Below, piece after piece: positions 62,174 through 64,000 of a DNA stretch of 64,000 nt (the stretch's first letter is position 1; each line of letters begins with the position of its first letter). Origin of the DNA: the human T2T-CHM13v2.0 reference genome, Homo sapiens. The notes beneath the pieces are model-generated. The model worked only from the letters and a program-made list of their open reading frames with translations, was not told the origin of the DNA and did no database searches. The stretch lies in NCBI RefSeq assembly GCF_009914755.1, contig NC_060930.1; one strand, given 5' to 3'. The position numbers were made by a program, and so were the translations under genes.

Positions 62174-62494
<321 letters not shown>

Positions 62495-62619
62495 AACCCT
62501 GTTGGGGTTACTGTGAGAATTAAGTGATAGGAATATGTTTTCAAAAGCCTAGCCAGGGTCTGATGTGTGGTGGGGGTTCAATAAATGCTTAGGACATCTA
62601 AAATAAAAAGAATATTGAA

Positions 62620-62783
62620 GCAGAGCATTGTGGCTCATACCTGTAATCCCAGCACTTTGGGAGGCTGAGGTGGAAGGATCACTTGAGCCTGGGAGTTCAA
62701 GGCTGCAGTAAGCCATGATCGCACCATTGCACACTGGCCTGGGCAATAGAGTGAGACACTGTCTCAAAATTAAAAAAAAAAAA
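62620..62783 (+). mobile_element. Alu monomer (FLAM/FRAM-like)
   Basis: Single monomer plus poly-A. Confidence 0.85.
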
Positions 62784-63016
62784 AGACCACAGAACATACA
62801 TCTCCCAAGTGACTAATTTCTAATCAAATAATTAACAATTTCCTTTTTTAGGCAGAGAGAATTGTGCCCCTCACACATGTCAGGGTCTTTTGTACATCTG
62901 GATACTGAGGCTGTTAGCCTTGCAACCTGAGGGCCATGAGGTCCAGCTCTCTCATAGGCAGTAAAGACTCATGGAGAGCTCAAGACAAGAGCCATCATTT
63001 GGTACAAGTTCAAGAG

Positions 63017-63511
63017 TGTGGAAGATCACCTGCAAAGATGACCACCAATCATCCTCTCAACGTCGTGCACATGTGAGCGAGCATGCCATGCGAGAGACAG
63101 ACTCGTTCCCCTCCACTTGCATCTCGCTTTGACCAGTAGAACACAGTAGAGTCTCATCGTGTGACTTACAGGTCTAGGTAAGAGGCCTTGCTAGTTCTCT
63201 TTTCTCTCTGAGAAACCAGCCACCAAGTAAAAAGCTTAGGCTAGATTACTTACCAAATGATGACAGAATGCCTGGAGACAGGTCACACGGAGGAGAACCA
63301 AGGTATCCCACTGACAGCCAACACTCGACCCCAGACCATGACAGACCCTCCCCCAGCCAACTCTCAGATCGACAAACAAGTGGCTCCAGCTCACAGCAGG
63401 AGAAGCAGAGCCTCCTACCTGATCACAGAAGTATGAGAAGTAACAAAGCATTGTTGTTTTAAGTCCCTAAGCTTGGGGATGGCTTGTTACACAGCTTGTT
63501 ACACTGATACA
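63017..63511 (+). mobile_element. Old MaLR LTR (MLT1G/H-like)
   Basis: tgtggaagat...caaagatgaccaccaa...ttgttgttttaagtccctaag...ctgataca. Confidence 0.7.
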
Positions 63512-64000
63512 AAAGAGAGTGTTACCCCCCATGGTTCTCAGACACAGGACACAGGATCCACCATGTCAATGCCTCCCTCCAGGAGACACCCAAGCCTCGA
63601 CCACAATCAGGGAAGATGCCTACCTGTATTTTCAGCTTCTGCTTGAAGATGCTTACTTAGCCCTGGGTACCCATCCTCTTTGAGCTAACTGCTTTAGGCT
63701 CTCCTTTGAGCTTGTTTTTATTATTAGTTTCTATCTTGTATATTAACTTTAAAAGAGCAAAGAAGAAATAACTTGCAGGGAAGAGCCATGAAGATAACCC
63801 AAGCCCGAACAGAGGAGCCTGGATGGATTTCCTCACCATTAATTGGCTCTGCCAATTCACTATAGTTAAATTCCCATTTTCCACTCCTAAGTGAATTTCT
63901 TATTACTAAACTCTGTAGTAAAAATAATAATAGCTCACATTTATTGCATTCTTAACATGTGTAAGGCACTGTGCCAAGCGTTTCAGAAGTATGGTTTCAT

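Overview
Primate (human-like) non-coding genomic DNA, probably intronic or intergenic. I found no credible protein-coding exon, RNA gene or CRISPR array, and I could not identify the host gene. The window is rich in interspersed repeats: about 26 Alu/FLAM elements, L1/L2/MIR fragments, MaLR and ERV1 solo LTRs, and Tigger/Charlie DNA-transposon relics. It also has GGAA, TA and CA simple repeats. The most prominent element is a 1.4-kb minus-strand LTR12C-type (ERV9) solo LTR inserted into the linker of an AluY. Several strong minus-strand splice signals suggest small non-coding or 5'UTR exons of a minus-strand transcript. The most unusual structure is a set of five locally templated insertions or duplications (direct and inverted copies of nearby DNA), which look like fossil break-repair scars. 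One of them duplicates a perfect 5' splice site. Repeat subfamily names come from recalled consensus sequences, not a database search, and boundaries of old repeats are approximate. I see no support for a new multi-gene system.
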